DNA of 64,000 nucleotides from Gemmatimonadales bacterium (GTDB lineage: Bacteria > Gemmatimonadota > Gemmatimonadetes > Gemmatimonadales > GWC2-71-9), in the NCBI GenBank assembly GCA_965249575.1, contig OZ252244.1, positions 3,008,001-3,072,000 on the forward strand, read 5' to 3'. Of this stretch, positions 29,298-40,862 are shown one piece after another. The translations under genes and the position numbers were made by a program. The notes under the pieces are model-generated. The model made no database searches, was not told the DNA's origin, and was given only the letters and a program-made list of their open reading frames with translations. The stretch's first letter is position 1. Each line of letters begins with the position of its first letter.

Positions 29298-32200
29298 CTA
29301 TAATCGCGGTGAACCAGCCGGGCTAGCCCCTCCCGGCCGTGCCCCCACCCACCCAGTTCGGAGTCCCCACCCAATCCTTCCCTGCCGAGTGAGGAGTAAG
29401 GGGGCCACGCCCAACCCCACCCGCCGAGTGAGGAGTAAGGAGGTCCGCCCCCGTTGCGCCCCGCCCTGGAGGTCGGTGAAGGCGTCCCCATTCTGGGTCG
29501 TAGGTGGCTCGGGGATGGGCGTGGCGCGGTTCAAGTTGACCGTCAACTGATCGCCGGAGCCGTCGTCTTCGACCCGGATGTATAACCCGGCGTCCGGGGG
29601 CGGCCCGAGGTCCAAGAGCGTCTGGAACCGGATATCCTTGAAGTCGAGGGTGCCCCCCAGGGGGACACCCGGGTGCTGCACCCAGAACTGGAGGTCGCTC
29701 AAGCCGTAGGAGCCGAACGTGACGTTGTCGAAGTTCGCGAGCGCACTGGAGTTCGTGGTCCAGTACCGGAAGAGCACGCGGTTGTCGAGCGTCAGGCCGT
29801 CGACGTCGACCTCGCCTACCTGGAACGTGAACCCGCCGCCGCCGGTCGCGTCGAGGATGGTGTTGGCGCCGGGGGCTGGAACCGAGGTAAAGATACCTGC
29901 GACCTCGACGTTGCTCGCGATGCGCACGCCGTTCACGGCGCCCGTGACGTCCAGGTTCTGGAAGTGCGAGACCGCGGGATCGGTGAAGCTCACGTTTTGC
30001 ACCGTGCCGGCCAGGCCGTTCAGGACCACGGTGTGGTTGCCGGAGGCGAAGAAGCTGCCGGTGGCGGGGCCGAACTGGCCGAAGTCACCGCCGATCTCGA
30101 GCACGCCGGTCGTCAAGAACGGGCCGGTGCTCGCGCCGGCAAAGACTGCGTCGCCGTCCACGAACAGCACGCCGGTCTGGCTCTGCATGACGAGCACGCC
30201 GCCGAACGTCGTGGACAGGTTGCCGAGCACCGTCACGACGTTGCTCCCGAGCGAGAGCTGGGTACCGGCCGGCCCCGAGATCACGACGTCGCCAGAAATC
30301 GTGGCGTCTCCCACGAATCCCGCTGTCGCTAGGGTTGTCCCCTCGCCTACGATGACCGTCTGATAGGCCGGCGCCGCCGGGATGGTCTGCCCCGCCCCGT
30401 TGAACGTCGTGGTAACGGGTGAGAACGCCGGCAATCCGGCGCCCGAGAGCGTACCGCCCAGGAAGATCCCCGCCGCGCTCACGCTCCCGAGACCCTCGAC
30501 GACGATGTCACCGGGAACTCGGGCAACGGATCCATCGAGATCACCGTCGGTCACGGTGAGCGTGCCGGTCACGTGGATCAGGGACAGGATGCTCGCTCCG
30601 TCGGGATTGTCCAGCTCGAGTCCTGGAAGCGGGAGAGGTTCGCGCCGGGTGTCTGGAACGAGACGATCTGCCCGCCCCCCGAGCCGCCGAGCAGCACGGC
30701 GGTGCCGGTGGAGGCAAACGACGCCGGGCTGGTGCTCGCGACCTGATTGAAGCTGGCGCCGACCTGGATCAGGCCCTGCTCCAGGACCCCGTTGGTGCTC
30801 GCACCGTCGAACGTGGCGGTGCTGCCCACGATCAAGAAGTCGCTCGGATCTGTCATCGTGATCAGGGCGTCGGTGTCCACGGTGAAGCCGAACTGCACGT
30901 CGAGGGTCTGGCCGTTCAGCACCAGGTCCGTGCCGGCGCCCGAGAACGTCGCGTTGCCGTCGACCGTCGTGGTCTCCTGGAGCGGGAACGACCCGCCGCC
31001 TGAGACGACCAGGTCGGTGAAGATCGTGGGAGCGCCCGGCCCGAACGTGGCCTGGCCGAGCACGTCGACGTTGTCGTACGGCAACGAGGCGGGGATGACC
31101 TGTGATTGGCCTCCGGTGAAGGTCGTATTGGTCACACCGTAAAAGCCACCGATGCTCAAGGTCCCGCCGACCGAGAGGCCGGTGATCCCCATCGAGCTGC
31201 TCGCGGTCGTGGCGACATCGCCGAGGACCGTGAGGGTCTGGCTCGGACCCTCGAAGATGGGTACCGACTGGAGCACCGTGAAGTCGCCGTCCACCTGCAC
31301 GTCGGAGACGAGCTGGAGCCCGCCGACGTTATCGACGTCCACGTCGAAGAAGGACGAGCCTCCGAGTCCGGGCGTGGCGAAGTCCACGTTCTGCGCGCTC
31401 GAACCGCTGAACACCACCGCCGTTCCCGTGGAAAGGAAGGACTCATCGCTGGTGCTGTTACTCTGCGTGAAGAACGTGCCCTGAAACTCGATCAGGCCGT
31501 CCGTGAGCGTCTCCGTGCTAGCACCGGCCGAGACCGTGAGATCGTTGGTGGAGACGTTGGCGCTCAACACCGGATCGCCCGGGGTTCCGGCCGGAATGCT
31601 CACATCGTCACTCGACGTCGGCACGCCGGTGGGAACCCAGTTGCCCGCCGTCGACCAGTCGGTCGAGGTCGCGCCGGTCCAAACCTTGGTGGGGATGGAG
31701 GCGGTGAGGATATCGAACGTGGCGCTCGTGTCGGCCGAGAGGCCGGTGGCCGTTGCCTCGAGCGTGTAGCCGGTGCCGACATTGTCGATGCTCAGGTCGT
31801 TGAAGGTGGCGATGCCCGCCACCGCCCCCGCGGAGGTCGTCCCCGACAGGGTTCCGAGCGCCGGGTTGTCGGCGATCGCGATTGTGACGGCATCGATCGC
31901 GGTCAGAACGGTGCCGCCCGTCGAGTCCTGAATGGCCACCGTGACCGCGGGCGAGATCGTGTCCCCGGCGACCGTGGTCGACGGCTGGCCGACGAACGCG
32001 AGCTGTGAAGGTGGCAACACGACGCCCGTGGCGGAGAAGGTGATAATAATGGTATCGGGAGGCGTTCCGCCTGTCGCGACGACGGTCGAATCGCCTTCCT
32101 TCCGCGGCGCGGACAGCGCGCCTCGCATGACCAGGGCTTCGAGGAAGTTGCTGCCGGGAGCGGTGCCCAGCGTCCAACCGCCCACCGTCGCGGTGCCGTC

Positions 32201-33438
32201 GGCGAGCGTGAGCGGCGTTCCGCCGGTGACGCTCCCGCCGCCCGAGAGGACGCGGAAGGTGACGGGCACGCCGGGGACGGGACTGCCGCCCGAATCGGTG
32301 ACTAGGATCACAGGAGCGATGGGGACGGCGGTACCGACGGGTACTATTTGGTTGTCACCCGCGACGATGTCGATGAACGCCGCTCCCCCTCCCGCGGAGG
32401 CGAAGCTCGCGTTGAAGGTGACCGTTCCGACGGAAGTGGTGGCCGTGACCTGTTGGGTGCCCGGGCCGGGTCCCAGCGTGAAGGTCACCTGAGCCTGGCC
32501 CGAGGCATCGGTGAGCACCGTATCGACCGAGATGCTGCCGCCGCCGGCGACTACGGCGAACGCGACCGGGATGCCTTGAACCCCGAGGCCGTCGGCGGCC
32601 GTGACCTGCACGATCAGTGGCTGTGCGAGCACCTGCCCGTCCTGGCCGATCTGCCCATCTCCCGAGACGATGGCAATGCCCGTTGGCACCGCCACGACGT
32701 CGACCGTCGCGGTGTCGGCCTGACCGGTGACGAGCTCCACCATGACCTGTGCGGGTCCGCGAATGAGCTGGGCTTGCACCAGCCCGCTTCGTAGGTCTGG
32801 CACCAGGAGCCTGGACGCGTCCAGCGTCGTCCAGCCCTGTGGAGTGTTCGGAATCGCGTTGCCGGCGGCGTCGAGGGCGACTGCCGTCAGCATAAGGGTC
32901 TGTCCGAGTGGCACGCTGGCCATGGGGGTCTCTGAATGACGACGTCCGTCGCGTTGGCTCCCGTACCCGTGTACGTGAATGAAGCGGGCATGGTGACTGG
33001 TGGGCTGAGACCGACGCTCGGCACGGTGGCGATCGGGCCGGCTCGAAATGCCGTGTCACCGGCTGGCGTTATGAGCGCCAGGTTCACGTAGATGGTGTCG
33101 TTGGGGCCCCGGATGGGCACGCTGAGTATCAGATTGACGGAGTCGGCGCCCGCAGGCACGGTGACAAGGGTGTCCAGAACCTGGGTCTCTACGATGACCT
33201 GCGGTGTGGCGGTCCCAGGCGGTGGGTCCGGCGTACCGGCCCTGAAACCCGTTACCCGAATCCGGTCGATGGGAACGATGCCGGCAGCTTGCGAATCGAA
33301 CGTCGGCGCGATCGAGAAGGAACCGAGACGCACCAGATCGGGCCCGGACGCATCACTGATGTAGCTGAGCGCAAGAAACGCGGCCAGGAGTGTCGCCGGC
33401 CGGCGCAACAGAACGGCGGGAAGGGCTCTCGTCATCAT
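29298..33438 (-). CDS. Giant (~1350 aa) surface protein with Ig-like (Big_1/invasin-type) domains and beta-helix-like repeats; frameshifts at ~32925 and ~30620
   Basis: Three consecutive ORFs join with single-base insertions. IVSGDGQ/IVAGDNQ Ig-like repeats, QLAFVGQPSTTVAG, WTGATSTDWSTAGNW, and three ~190-aa repeats (GLI/VLE.G..F.Q...F..SG..V...G..Q.V.F..P..S.F). Confidence 0.75.
29368..29445. repeat. Two direct copies of the CCGAGTGAGGAGTAAGG REP-like unit
   Basis: Copies at 29385-29401 and 29424-29443. The flank CACCCAATCCTTC is the reverse complement of 25788-25800. Confidence 0.85.
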
Positions 33439-33534
33439 GCGTAAACTGCCATGGCTGCCCGGACTGGGGAGCAGCAAATGTGCCGCCGAGGCCGTGCCAC
33501 AGCAAGGCACGAGTCGCGGATGTGATAGTGGATT

Positions 33535-33567
33535 GGGGGGTTAGGGGTTAGGGGGTGAGGGGGCGGG
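33535..33567 (+). repeat. G-rich heptamer run (GGGGTTA-like), potential G-quadruplex
   Basis: GGGGGGTTAGGGGTTAGGGGGTGAGGGGGCGGG. Confidence 0.6.
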
Positions 33568-33665
33568 CGGAGGCGCGGGGTCCAAACCCCAGCTCCCTTT
33601 GGGGATTGTAAGTTTTTCGATGAAATGACGGCCGCCCAAGGGGTCTTGGTCTGCTGCGTCGCGAC

Positions 33666-35537
33666 TTACTTCCCCAGGGGCCCCTGCTCAAGCCATAGGA
33701 GCTCGTCGGCCAGAACGCGTTGTGCGGTCCGGTAGATCGCCACGTCGTCGTTGTCGAACAGCCGGTCGAACAGGTCCTCGACGCGCCTCCGTGCCATTCG
33801 GCAGAAGACATCGGTGAGCTCGACCGCGCCACGACCCCGCTCGCGCTCCTCCGAATCGTTGCTTACGTGCAACATCTGTGCACGGGAGCACGCTGCGGTC
33901 ATGGCGAACAGCTCGGCCCCCACGTCGACCAAACGCGCCAGCACGGTTTGGCGCTTTTCGAGTCCCGGGCCAAAGCGAACGATGGCGTGGAAGAGCGCGC
34001 GTGCGAGCCGCCGCGACGCGCGATTCACGTAGCGCACGTGTTTGGCGAGTGCTCCGAATTCACCGTACCGGGGCCACCGTCCCCAGCCGAACCACTTCGC
34101 TGGATACCAGGTGGCGTAGTGAATGGCCGTGCGGAATAGCGCACCGGCTTTGGCGCCGAGGGGGGCCTTTGGATCGACGAGCGCTCCCGCCACCTTGAGA
34201 TGCGAATCCACCGCCTCGCGGGCGATGAACAGCCGCATGATCTCGCTCGACCCCTCGAAGATGAGGTTAATCCTGAAGTCCCGCATGAGGCGCTCGATCG
34301 GTTCGCCGCGCTCCCCCCGGGACTCGAGGCTCGCCGCCGTCTCGTAGCCCCGCCCGCCGCGAATCTGGAGCGCGTCGTCGATGATCTGCCACCCGCCCTC
34401 CGTGTTCCACATTTTCGCCATGGCCGCTTCGAGGCGGATGTCGAACACCCCGCGATCGGCCATGAGCGCCGCCAGCTCCGAGACGCCCTTCATCGCGAAC
34501 GTCGTCGCGGCCATCCGTCCCAGCATCTGCGCGACGGCGTCGTGCTTGCCGATGGGCTTGCCCCACTGGAAGCGCTCCTGACTGAAGCGGCGGGCGATGT
34601 CGAGGCAAACCTTCGCTGCGGTCGTCGAGGTGGCGGGTACGGTGAGCCGCCCGGTGTTCAAGGTCACCAGCGCCAGCTTGAGTCCGCGTCCCTCGCCGAG
34701 GAGGAGGTTCTCCTTGGGCACCCGGACGTTGGTGAACTTGAGGATGCCGTTCTCGATGCCCCTGAGGCCCATGAATGACAGGCGGTGGGTAACCTCGACG
34801 CCGGGCCACGAAGTCTCGACGATGAACGCCGTGATCGCGCGCGGCCCGGTCTTCGCCATGACGACCATCAACTCGGCGATCGTCCCGTTGGTGCACCAGA
34901 GCTTTTCGCCGTTCAGGATGTAGGCGTCGCCTTCGGGGGTCAGCTCGGCCGAGGTCGTCATTCGCGCGGGATCGCTGCCGACGCCCGGCTCCGTCAGGGC
35001 GAATGCGCTGATCGCGCCCTTCGCCAGCCGCGGCAAGTATTTCTTCTTTTGCTCGGGTGTCCCGAACAACTTGAGCGGTTGCGGCACGCCGATCGACTGG
35101 TGGGCCGAGAGCAGCACCCCGATCGAGCTGTGGGTTTCGGACACCAGGGAGACGACGCGGTTATAGCTGGTCTGCGAAAGTCCGAGCCCGCCGTACTCGG
35201 TCGGGATCTTGATCCCGAAGCAGCCGAGCTCCTTCAGACCGTCGATGACGTGCTGGGGGATCTTCGCGGTGCGCTCGATCTCTTCGGCATCGACGTGTTT
35301 GTCGAGAAAGGCTGCGACGCGCTCCAACAGCGCGCGCGCGCGCGCGTCCTCCTCCGGGTCGATTCGGGGATAGGGATGTACGAGGTCCAGACGGAGCTTT
35401 CCGTCGAACAGCTCCCTGACGAAGCTGGGTGCCGCCCACTCCTTTTCCCGCGCCGCTTCGGCAACCTCGCGCGCCTCGGCTTCGGTCACACCCGGCGCGG
35501 CGGGCTTCTTCTTGGGTTCGGACGCTATGGTTGCCAT
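33666..35537 (-). CDS. Acyl-CoA dehydrogenase (VLCAD/ACAD9-like)
   Basis: [44 protein letters not shown] and [17 protein letters not shown] motifs. Confidence 0.94.
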   Translation of the reverse strand: MATIASEPKKKPAAPGVTEAEAREVAEAAREKEWAAPSFVRELFDGKLRLDLVHPYPRIDPEEDARARALLERVAAFLDKHVDAEEIERTAKIPQHVIDGLKELGCFGIKIPTEYGGLGLSQTSYNRVVSLVSETHSSIGVLLSAHQSIGVPQPLKLFGTPEQKKKYLPRLAKGAISAFALTEPGVGSDPARMTTSAELTPEGDAYILNGEKLWCTNGTIAELMVVMAKTGPRAITAFIVETSWPGVEVTHRLSFMGLRGIENGILKFTNVRVPKENLLLGEGRGLKLALVTLNTGRLTVPATSTTAAKVCLDIARRFSQERFQWGKPIGKHDAVAQMLGRMAATTFAMKGVSELAALMADRGVFDIRLEAAMAKMWNTEGGWQIIDDALQIRGGRGYETAASLESRGERGEPIERLMRDFRINLIFEGSSEIMRLFIAREAVDSHLKVAGALVDPKAPLGAKAGALFRTAIHYATWYPAKWFGWGRWPRYGEFGALAKHVRYVNRASRRLARALFHAIVRFGPGLEKRQTVLARLVDVGAELFAMTAACSRAQMLHVSNDSEERERGRGAVELTDVFCRMARRRVEDLFDRLFDNDDVAIYRTAQRVLADELLWLEQGPLGK

Positions 35538-35739
35538 GCTGTATAATCTAGCGAAATAAAGCCGATTGTGGTTCCCCGGACCGGCCTCGAGAGGGCGGCT
35601 GGTCGCTGGGCCTGGCGGCACCTGGGAGGGCCGTTCAGGCGCGGGCGGCGCGGCTTGAGAGGCGCCGCGACCACGCCCGCTCCGCGGCGGACTATCCGCC
35701 TGTCCCCTATCGGCTTATCGGTCTATATTCGCTGGAGTC

Positions 35740-36393
35740 ATGACGGCGCCACAAACGCAGGATGCGCTCTACCCGTCGCGGTCCGCCGCGGGGGCGTTTC
35801 TCGGTCGACAGCTTTACCGTCGCTGTCCTCCGCCCGTCGTCGTCCTGGGCGTGTCGCCAACGGGCGTCGAGGTGGCGGCGAGTGCTGCGAAGGCGATGTC
35901 GTGCCCTTTCGACGTGATCGTGGGCGCGCACGTTCGGCTCGAGGGCCTCGGAGCGGTCGGCGCGATCGCGGAGGACAGCGACGCGATCCTCGATCCGGAT
36001 TTCCAGCCGCGATTCGGCGCGCTGGAGGCGCTCAACGCGGCCATCGACCGAGCGCGCCGCGCGATCAAGACCGAGCGGCTACTGTTTCGCGGCCAACGAC
36101 CGATCCGGTCGGTGGGTGATCTCAACGTCGTGATCGTGGACGCACAGCTAACCTCGTCCTGGAAAGTGCTGGCGGCCGCCGAGGCTGTGGCTGCCGACCG
36201 TCCGCGCCGGGTGTGGATCGCAGCGCCCGTGAGTACCCAGGCCGTTCAGGAGCGCGTGCGGGCGCGGCGGTACGAGTTCGTCAGCCCGTCCGTGATCCTG
36301 GATGTGAGCGGCCACGCGCGGCCGTTCGGCGATCCGCAGGACCCCTCCGCCGAAAGGCTTCGGAGCATCGTCGTCGCCCGCCAGGCCGCCTAG
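35740..36393 (+). CDS. Phosphoribosyltransferase-fold protein (degenerate PRPP loop)
   Basis: SRSAAGAFLG, VVVLG...GVEVA, GAIAED, and VVIVDAQLTS in place of VDDGLATG. Confidence 0.7.
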   Translation: MTAPQTQDALYPSRSAAGAFLGRQLYRRCPPPVVVLGVSPTGVEVAASAAKAMSCPFDVIVGAHVRLEGLGAVGAIAEDSDAILDPDFQPRFGALEALNAAIDRARRAIKTERLLFRGQRPIRSVGDLNVVIVDAQLTSSWKVLAAAEAVAADRPRRVWIAAPVSTQAVQERVRARRYEFVSPSVILDVSGHARPFGDPQDPSAERLRSIVVARQAA

Positions 36394-36407
36394 CAAAGGA
36401 CCCGCGA

Positions 36408-39035
36408 ATGATCTGCACCAGACGCCCCGCGTTGGCGGTTGCGATCGCGGCGGCCGCAGCCTCGATACCGTCGACGGGTGGGGCTCAGCTCGCTCCTCCG
36501 GCGACGGGGGGCGTGGTGGCGCTGGACCGGCTCCTCCACGGCCTCGTCGAGCAGCGGCGGGTTCTCCTGGTCGCGGCCCATCCGGACGACGAAGACACCG
36601 ATGTCCTCGCGCTCCTCTCCCGGGGGTACGGGGCGCAGGTGGCGTACCTGTCGCTATCGCGCGGCGAAGGGGGACAGAACCTCATCGGGGCGGAGCTCGG
36701 TCCCGCCCTTGGACTCATTCGCTCGCGGGAGCTGCTGGCTGCTCGAGAAGTCGATGGGGCCCGCCAGTTTTTCGCGCGGGCCTATGACTTTGGGTACTCC
36801 AAGTCGCTCGAGGAAACCTCCCGACACTGGCTCCCGGACTCGATCCTGAAAGACGTCGTGCGCGTGGTGCGAGCCTTCAAGCCTCACGTGATCGTCTCGA
36901 TCTTCACGGGCACGCCGCGCGACCGGCACGGACAGCACCAGGCCGCTGGGGCGGCGGCTCCGAGGGCGTTCGAGGCGGCGGGAGATCCCGGGCAGTTTCC
37001 GGAGCTGCAGACGGAAGAGGGACTCGAACCATGGGTCCCCCTCAAGCTGTATCTCTCCACGAGGTTTCGTCGCGCCGCAACAACCCTGTCGTTGGAGACC
37101 GGAGGATTGGATCCGCTGCTCGGGCGGTCCTTTCACCAGATCGCCATGGACAGCAGGAGCCGCCACCGGTCACAGGACATGGGACAGCTCCAGAGAATCG
37201 GACCCGCGAGCGCGGGGCTAGAATTGGTGGCGGACCGCACACGCGGAGTGGCATTCTCTGACGGCCGGCCGATGCCGCTCGGGGCCGACGGGCAGTCCCC
37301 CAACGAGCTCAACCCGGCGGATGCCGATGCGGCGTTGGGTGCGGACATCCTTGGTGGGGTCCCGCTGGAGTCGCCGGGGCTGGCGGCCTTCTCCGATTCC
37401 CTTCGTAGCGTCCTTGTGCCCTCGCGATTGTCCGAGGCTGCGCCCTCGCTGGCCAACGCGCTTCAGCGATTCCGGAAGGACCTCGAGGAACCCCCGGGCC
37501 GGCGAGCGTATCGCGGGCGCAGGGACTTGCTGGAAGGAGCCCTGACCGTGTCGGCCGGCCTCGCGCTGGATGCCGTGGCGGCCGACGACGAGTTCGTTCC
37601 GGGAATGGCACGCGAAGTCGAGGTGGTTCTCTACAACGGGGGGCCGTTCGCCGTTACCGTCGACTCGATCGCCCTCGCGACGCCAGCCGGGTGGCGGCTG
37701 GAAATCTCCACGCGGGCGCCGGCGACGCTGCCTCCGGGTGCGCTGGGGACGCAGCGGTTTCAGGTTACGGTACCTTCGGGCGCGCGGCTCTCGCAGCCCT
37801 ATTTTCTCGAGCGGCCGATCGTCGGCGGCATGTATGACTGGGGGACTGCTCCGCCGCAGGGTCGGGGACAGCCGTTTGACCCGCCGACCCTCACCGCTAC
37901 CGCTATGGTGTCGCTCTTGGGGACGTCCGTGCCGATGTCGAGGGAGGTCTCCTACCGCTTCAGGGATCAGGCCTTCGGGGAGGTACGCCGACCGGTGCGT
38001 GTGGTACCCCGGATCGACGTGAAGCTCGAGCCTCAGCGCCTGGTCTGGCCGGCTGAGGGAGACACCGTACACACGTTCGACGTGTCCCTCACGTACAACG
38101 GATCCGGTGAGCTTCGCGGCGAGGTGTTTCTCGAAGTGCGGGACTGGCCCGCAGCGGCCGACCGCGGGCGGCGGTTTACCTTTGAGCGCTCCGGGGAAAC
38201 CCGCGCCTTCGAGCTGACGCTCGTTCGGCCGTCCGATGCACGACAGACCCGAACGCAAATCACGGCGGTGGCGCGCACCTCCGAGGGCCAGCGTTTCACC
38301 GAGGGCGTGTACACGGTCGAGTATCCGCATATCCGGCCCACGCCCTGGGTGCGGTCGGCGACGAGCGATGTGCTCGTCGCGCCCATCCGGTTGCCCGCCG
38401 TGGCCCGGGTTGGCTACGTGCGGGGCGCGTCCGATCGCGTGCCGGAGGCGCTCGCGCAGATCGGTCTCCCCGTCGAGCTGCTCGGCCCCGACGATTTGGC
38501 CCGTCGCAACCTGTCGGAGTTCGACGCCATCGTGATCGGAAGCAGGGCCTACGAGACGGACCAAGCCCTGGCCCGACACAATGACCGGCTTCTGAGCTAT
38601 GTCGAGGAAGGCGGACACCTGTTGGTCCAGTATCAACAGTACGCGTTCGTTCGCGGAGGGTACGCTCCGTATCCGCTCACGATCGCGCGGCCCCACGATC
38701 GGGTGACCGACGAAACGGCGCCTGTGAAAATTCTGGACCTCAACAACCCGGCATTTCTCACCCCGAATCGGATCGAGCCCGCGGACTGGGACGGGTGGCC
38801 GCAAGAGCGCGGTCTGTACTTTGCCCACGAGTGGGATGCGCAGTACCGCGTCATGCTGGAGAGCGCCGACCCCGGCGGCGACCCGTTGACTGGGGGTCTC
38901 TTGGCCGCTCAGTACGGGTCGGGCACCTATGTCTACACGGGCTTGAGTTTCTTCCGTGCCCTTCCGGCGGGTGTGCCTGGCGCCTTCCGCCTTTTCCTCA
39001 ACCTCATCAACCCGGCCGCGCTCGGCGGGATATAG
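36408..39035 (+). CDS. Secreted PIG-L/LmbE-family deacetylase with NEW3-like and C-terminal domains
   Basis: Signal peptide; AAHPDDED, RGEGGQNLIG, RAYDFGYSKS, HGQHQ, SRHRSQDMG and QERGLYF motifs. Confidence 0.9.
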   Translation: MICTRRPALAVAIAAAAASIPSTGGAQLAPPATGGVVALDRLLHGLVEQRRVLLVAAHPDDEDTDVLALLSRGYGAQVAYLSLSRGEGGQNLIGAELGPALGLIRSRELLAAREVDGARQFFARAYDFGYSKSLEETSRHWLPDSILKDVVRVVRAFKPHVIVSIFTGTPRDRHGQHQAAGAAAPRAFEAAGDPGQFPELQTEEGLEPWVPLKLYLSTRFRRAATTLSLETGGLDPLLGRSFHQIAMDSRSRHRSQDMGQLQRIGPASAGLELVADRTRGVAFSDGRPMPLGADGQSPNELNPADADAALGADILGGVPLESPGLAAFSDSLRSVLVPSRLSEAAPSLANALQRFRKDLEEPPGRRAYRGRRDLLEGALTVSAGLALDAVAADDEFVPGMAREVEVVLYNGGPFAVTVDSIALATPAGWRLEISTRAPATLPPGALGTQRFQVTVPSGARLSQPYFLERPIVGGMYDWGTAPPQGRGQPFDPPTLTATAMVSLLGTSVPMSREVSYRFRDQAFGEVRRPVRVVPRIDVKLEPQRLVWPAEGDTVHTFDVSLTYNGSGELRGEVFLEVRDWPAAADRGRRFTFERSGETRAFELTLVRPSDARQTRTQITAVARTSEGQRFTEGVYTVEYPHIRPTPWVRSATSDVLVAPIRLPAVARVGYVRGASDRVPEALAQIGLPVELLGPDDLARRNLSEFDAIVIGSRAYETDQALARHNDRLLSYVEEGGHLLVQYQQYAFVRGGYAPYPLTIARPHDRVTDETAPVKILDLNNPAFLTPNRIEPADWDGWPQERGLYFAHEWDAQYRVMLESADPGGDPLTGGLLAAQYGSGTYVYTGLSFFRALPAGVPGAFRLFLNLINPAALGGI

Positions 39036-39082
39036 GGCGAGAGTGAGCCGCTTGCCTCCGATCGCACCCGCCGTCTGAAACC

Positions 39083-39184
39083 ATGTCTCAATCCAGCTTC
39101 CGAACCACCCTTACTCGGGTCCTGATCGTCCAGGTCGCTACGCTGGTTTTTCTCTGGCTTCTCCAGTGGCGCTACAGCGGCTGA
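39083..39184 (+). CDS. Small single-TM membrane peptide (33 aa)
   Basis: Manual translation MSQSSFRTTLTRVLIVQVATLVFLWLLQWRYSG*; ends 10 nt before the symporter start. Confidence 0.6.
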   Translation: MSQSSFRTTLTRVLIVQVATLVFLWLLQWRYSG

Positions 39185-39194
39185 CCCGATTGCC

Positions 39195-40858
39195 ATGCAT
39201 CCGATAAGCTGGATCATCGTCATCGGGTACCTCGCGTACGTGATGGTCGACGGCGTCCGCCGGGCCAAGGGGACCGACCGCATCGAGGGGTATTTCCTTG
39301 CCAACCGCAGCCTGCCGTGGTGGGCGGTGGGATTGTCGGTCATGGCGACACAGTTGTCCGCGGTAACCATGGTCGGGACCACCGGCCAAGGCGCGACGGA
39401 CGGCCTCCGGTTCGTGCAGTTCTATTTCGGCTTGCCGCTGGCGATGGTCATCCTCGGCGTCACGCTCATTCCGTTTTTTCATCGTGAGAAGGTATTCACC
39501 GCGTACGAATACCTCGAGCGTCGTTTCGATGCGAAAACGCGGTCCCTCACCGCGTTTCTGTTCCTCATTTCTCGTGGACTATCGGTAGGTACGATCCTCG
39601 CTGCCCCAGCCGTGGTGTTCTCGGCGGTCTTTGGTTGGGATCTCGTGGCGTCCGTGGCGCTCATTGGAGTGCCGACGGTGATTTACACCGTGCTTGGCGG
39701 GGTGCAGGCGGTTACCTGGGCCGACGTCAAGCAGATGGTCCTGATCGTCGGCGCGCTCGCGGCGATCGTGATCGTCCTGATCGTCAAACTTCCCGTGGCC
39801 CCGGACGAAGCGCTCCGGGTGGCCGGCGCGACCGGGCGCCTCGACGTATTCGATTTTTCGTTCAACGTGAAAGAGACCTACACCTTCTGGTCCGGCGTGA
39901 TCGGCGGCACGTTCCTCATGCTGTCGTATTTCGGAACGGATCAGAGCCAGGTACAGCGACATCTGACGGCGAGTTCGGCGGGCGCCGCACGTAGCTCGGT
40001 CCTGATGAGCGCGTACTGGAAGATTCCGTTGCAGGCCCTCATCCTGCTGATCGGTGTACTGGTCTACGTGTATTACGTGTTCGAGCGGCCCCCACTCTTA
40101 TTCAATCCGGCGCAGCAGGCGCAGGTGGAGCAGGTCGAATCGTCGGCGCTGACAGAGATCGAGTCGCGGTATCACACCGCGGTAGACCGGCGCGAGCAGG
40201 CGGCGAGGGCACTGGCGTCGGATGCGGGGAGCGCGGAAATCCGTTCCGTGTTCCGGGAATCCGATCAGGCGGTCGTCGACATCCGCGGGGAGGCGCTTGC
40301 CCTGGTTGAACAAGTCACCGGGGAGAGCTCTCGCGATGTGAATTACATCATGCCCCGGTTCGTCCTCGACCACCTTCCAATCGGTCTGGTTGGAGTATTC
40401 ATTGCGGCGATCATGGCGGCGGCGATGTCCAGCATCGCCGCGGAGCTGAATTCCCTGTCGACCTCGACAGTTGTCGATTTCTACCGCCGGTGGTTCAGGC
40501 CAATCGCCAGCGATGCCCATTTCCTTGGCGTGTCGAAACTGGCGGCGTTGATCTGGGGGGTGGTTGCCTGTGTCGTGGCGACGTATGCCGCCACGCTCGG
40601 TTCCCTGATCGAGGTCGTCAACCGGTTCGGGTCGTTTTTCTACGGATCCATCCTTGGTGTCTTTCTCCTGGCCATGATTCCAAGGGCCGCGCCATTGGGG
40701 CCTTCGTGGGTCTCATTACCGGTATGCTAGCCGTGGGCGCGGTCAGCTTCAGCGCTCCGGAGGTCTCGTTCCTCTGGCACAACGTGATCGGCGCGGCGAC
40801 AGTGGTAGGGGTCGGGTTGCTGCTCAGTGTCGCAGGGGACGCGGCCAGGAGTGCATGA
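39195..40858 (+). CDS. Sodium:solute symporter (SSS family), frameshift at ~40688
   Basis: YFLANRSLPWW, SVMATQLSA, TAYEYLERRFD, GTDQSQVQR and AAAMSS motifs. The last TMs (FLWHNVIGA) lie in the -1 frame. Confidence 0.9.
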
Positions 40859-40862
40859 GTTG

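Noticed and set aside
33473..33499. Sigma54 promoter for the giant surface protein
   Set aside because: Two overlapping GG-N10-GC candidates each match only half the consensus, too weak to call.
23125..38828. Long antisense ORFs (e.g. 23125-24624, 37218-38828)
   Set aside because: Shadow ORFs opposite well-supported genes, expected at high GC.
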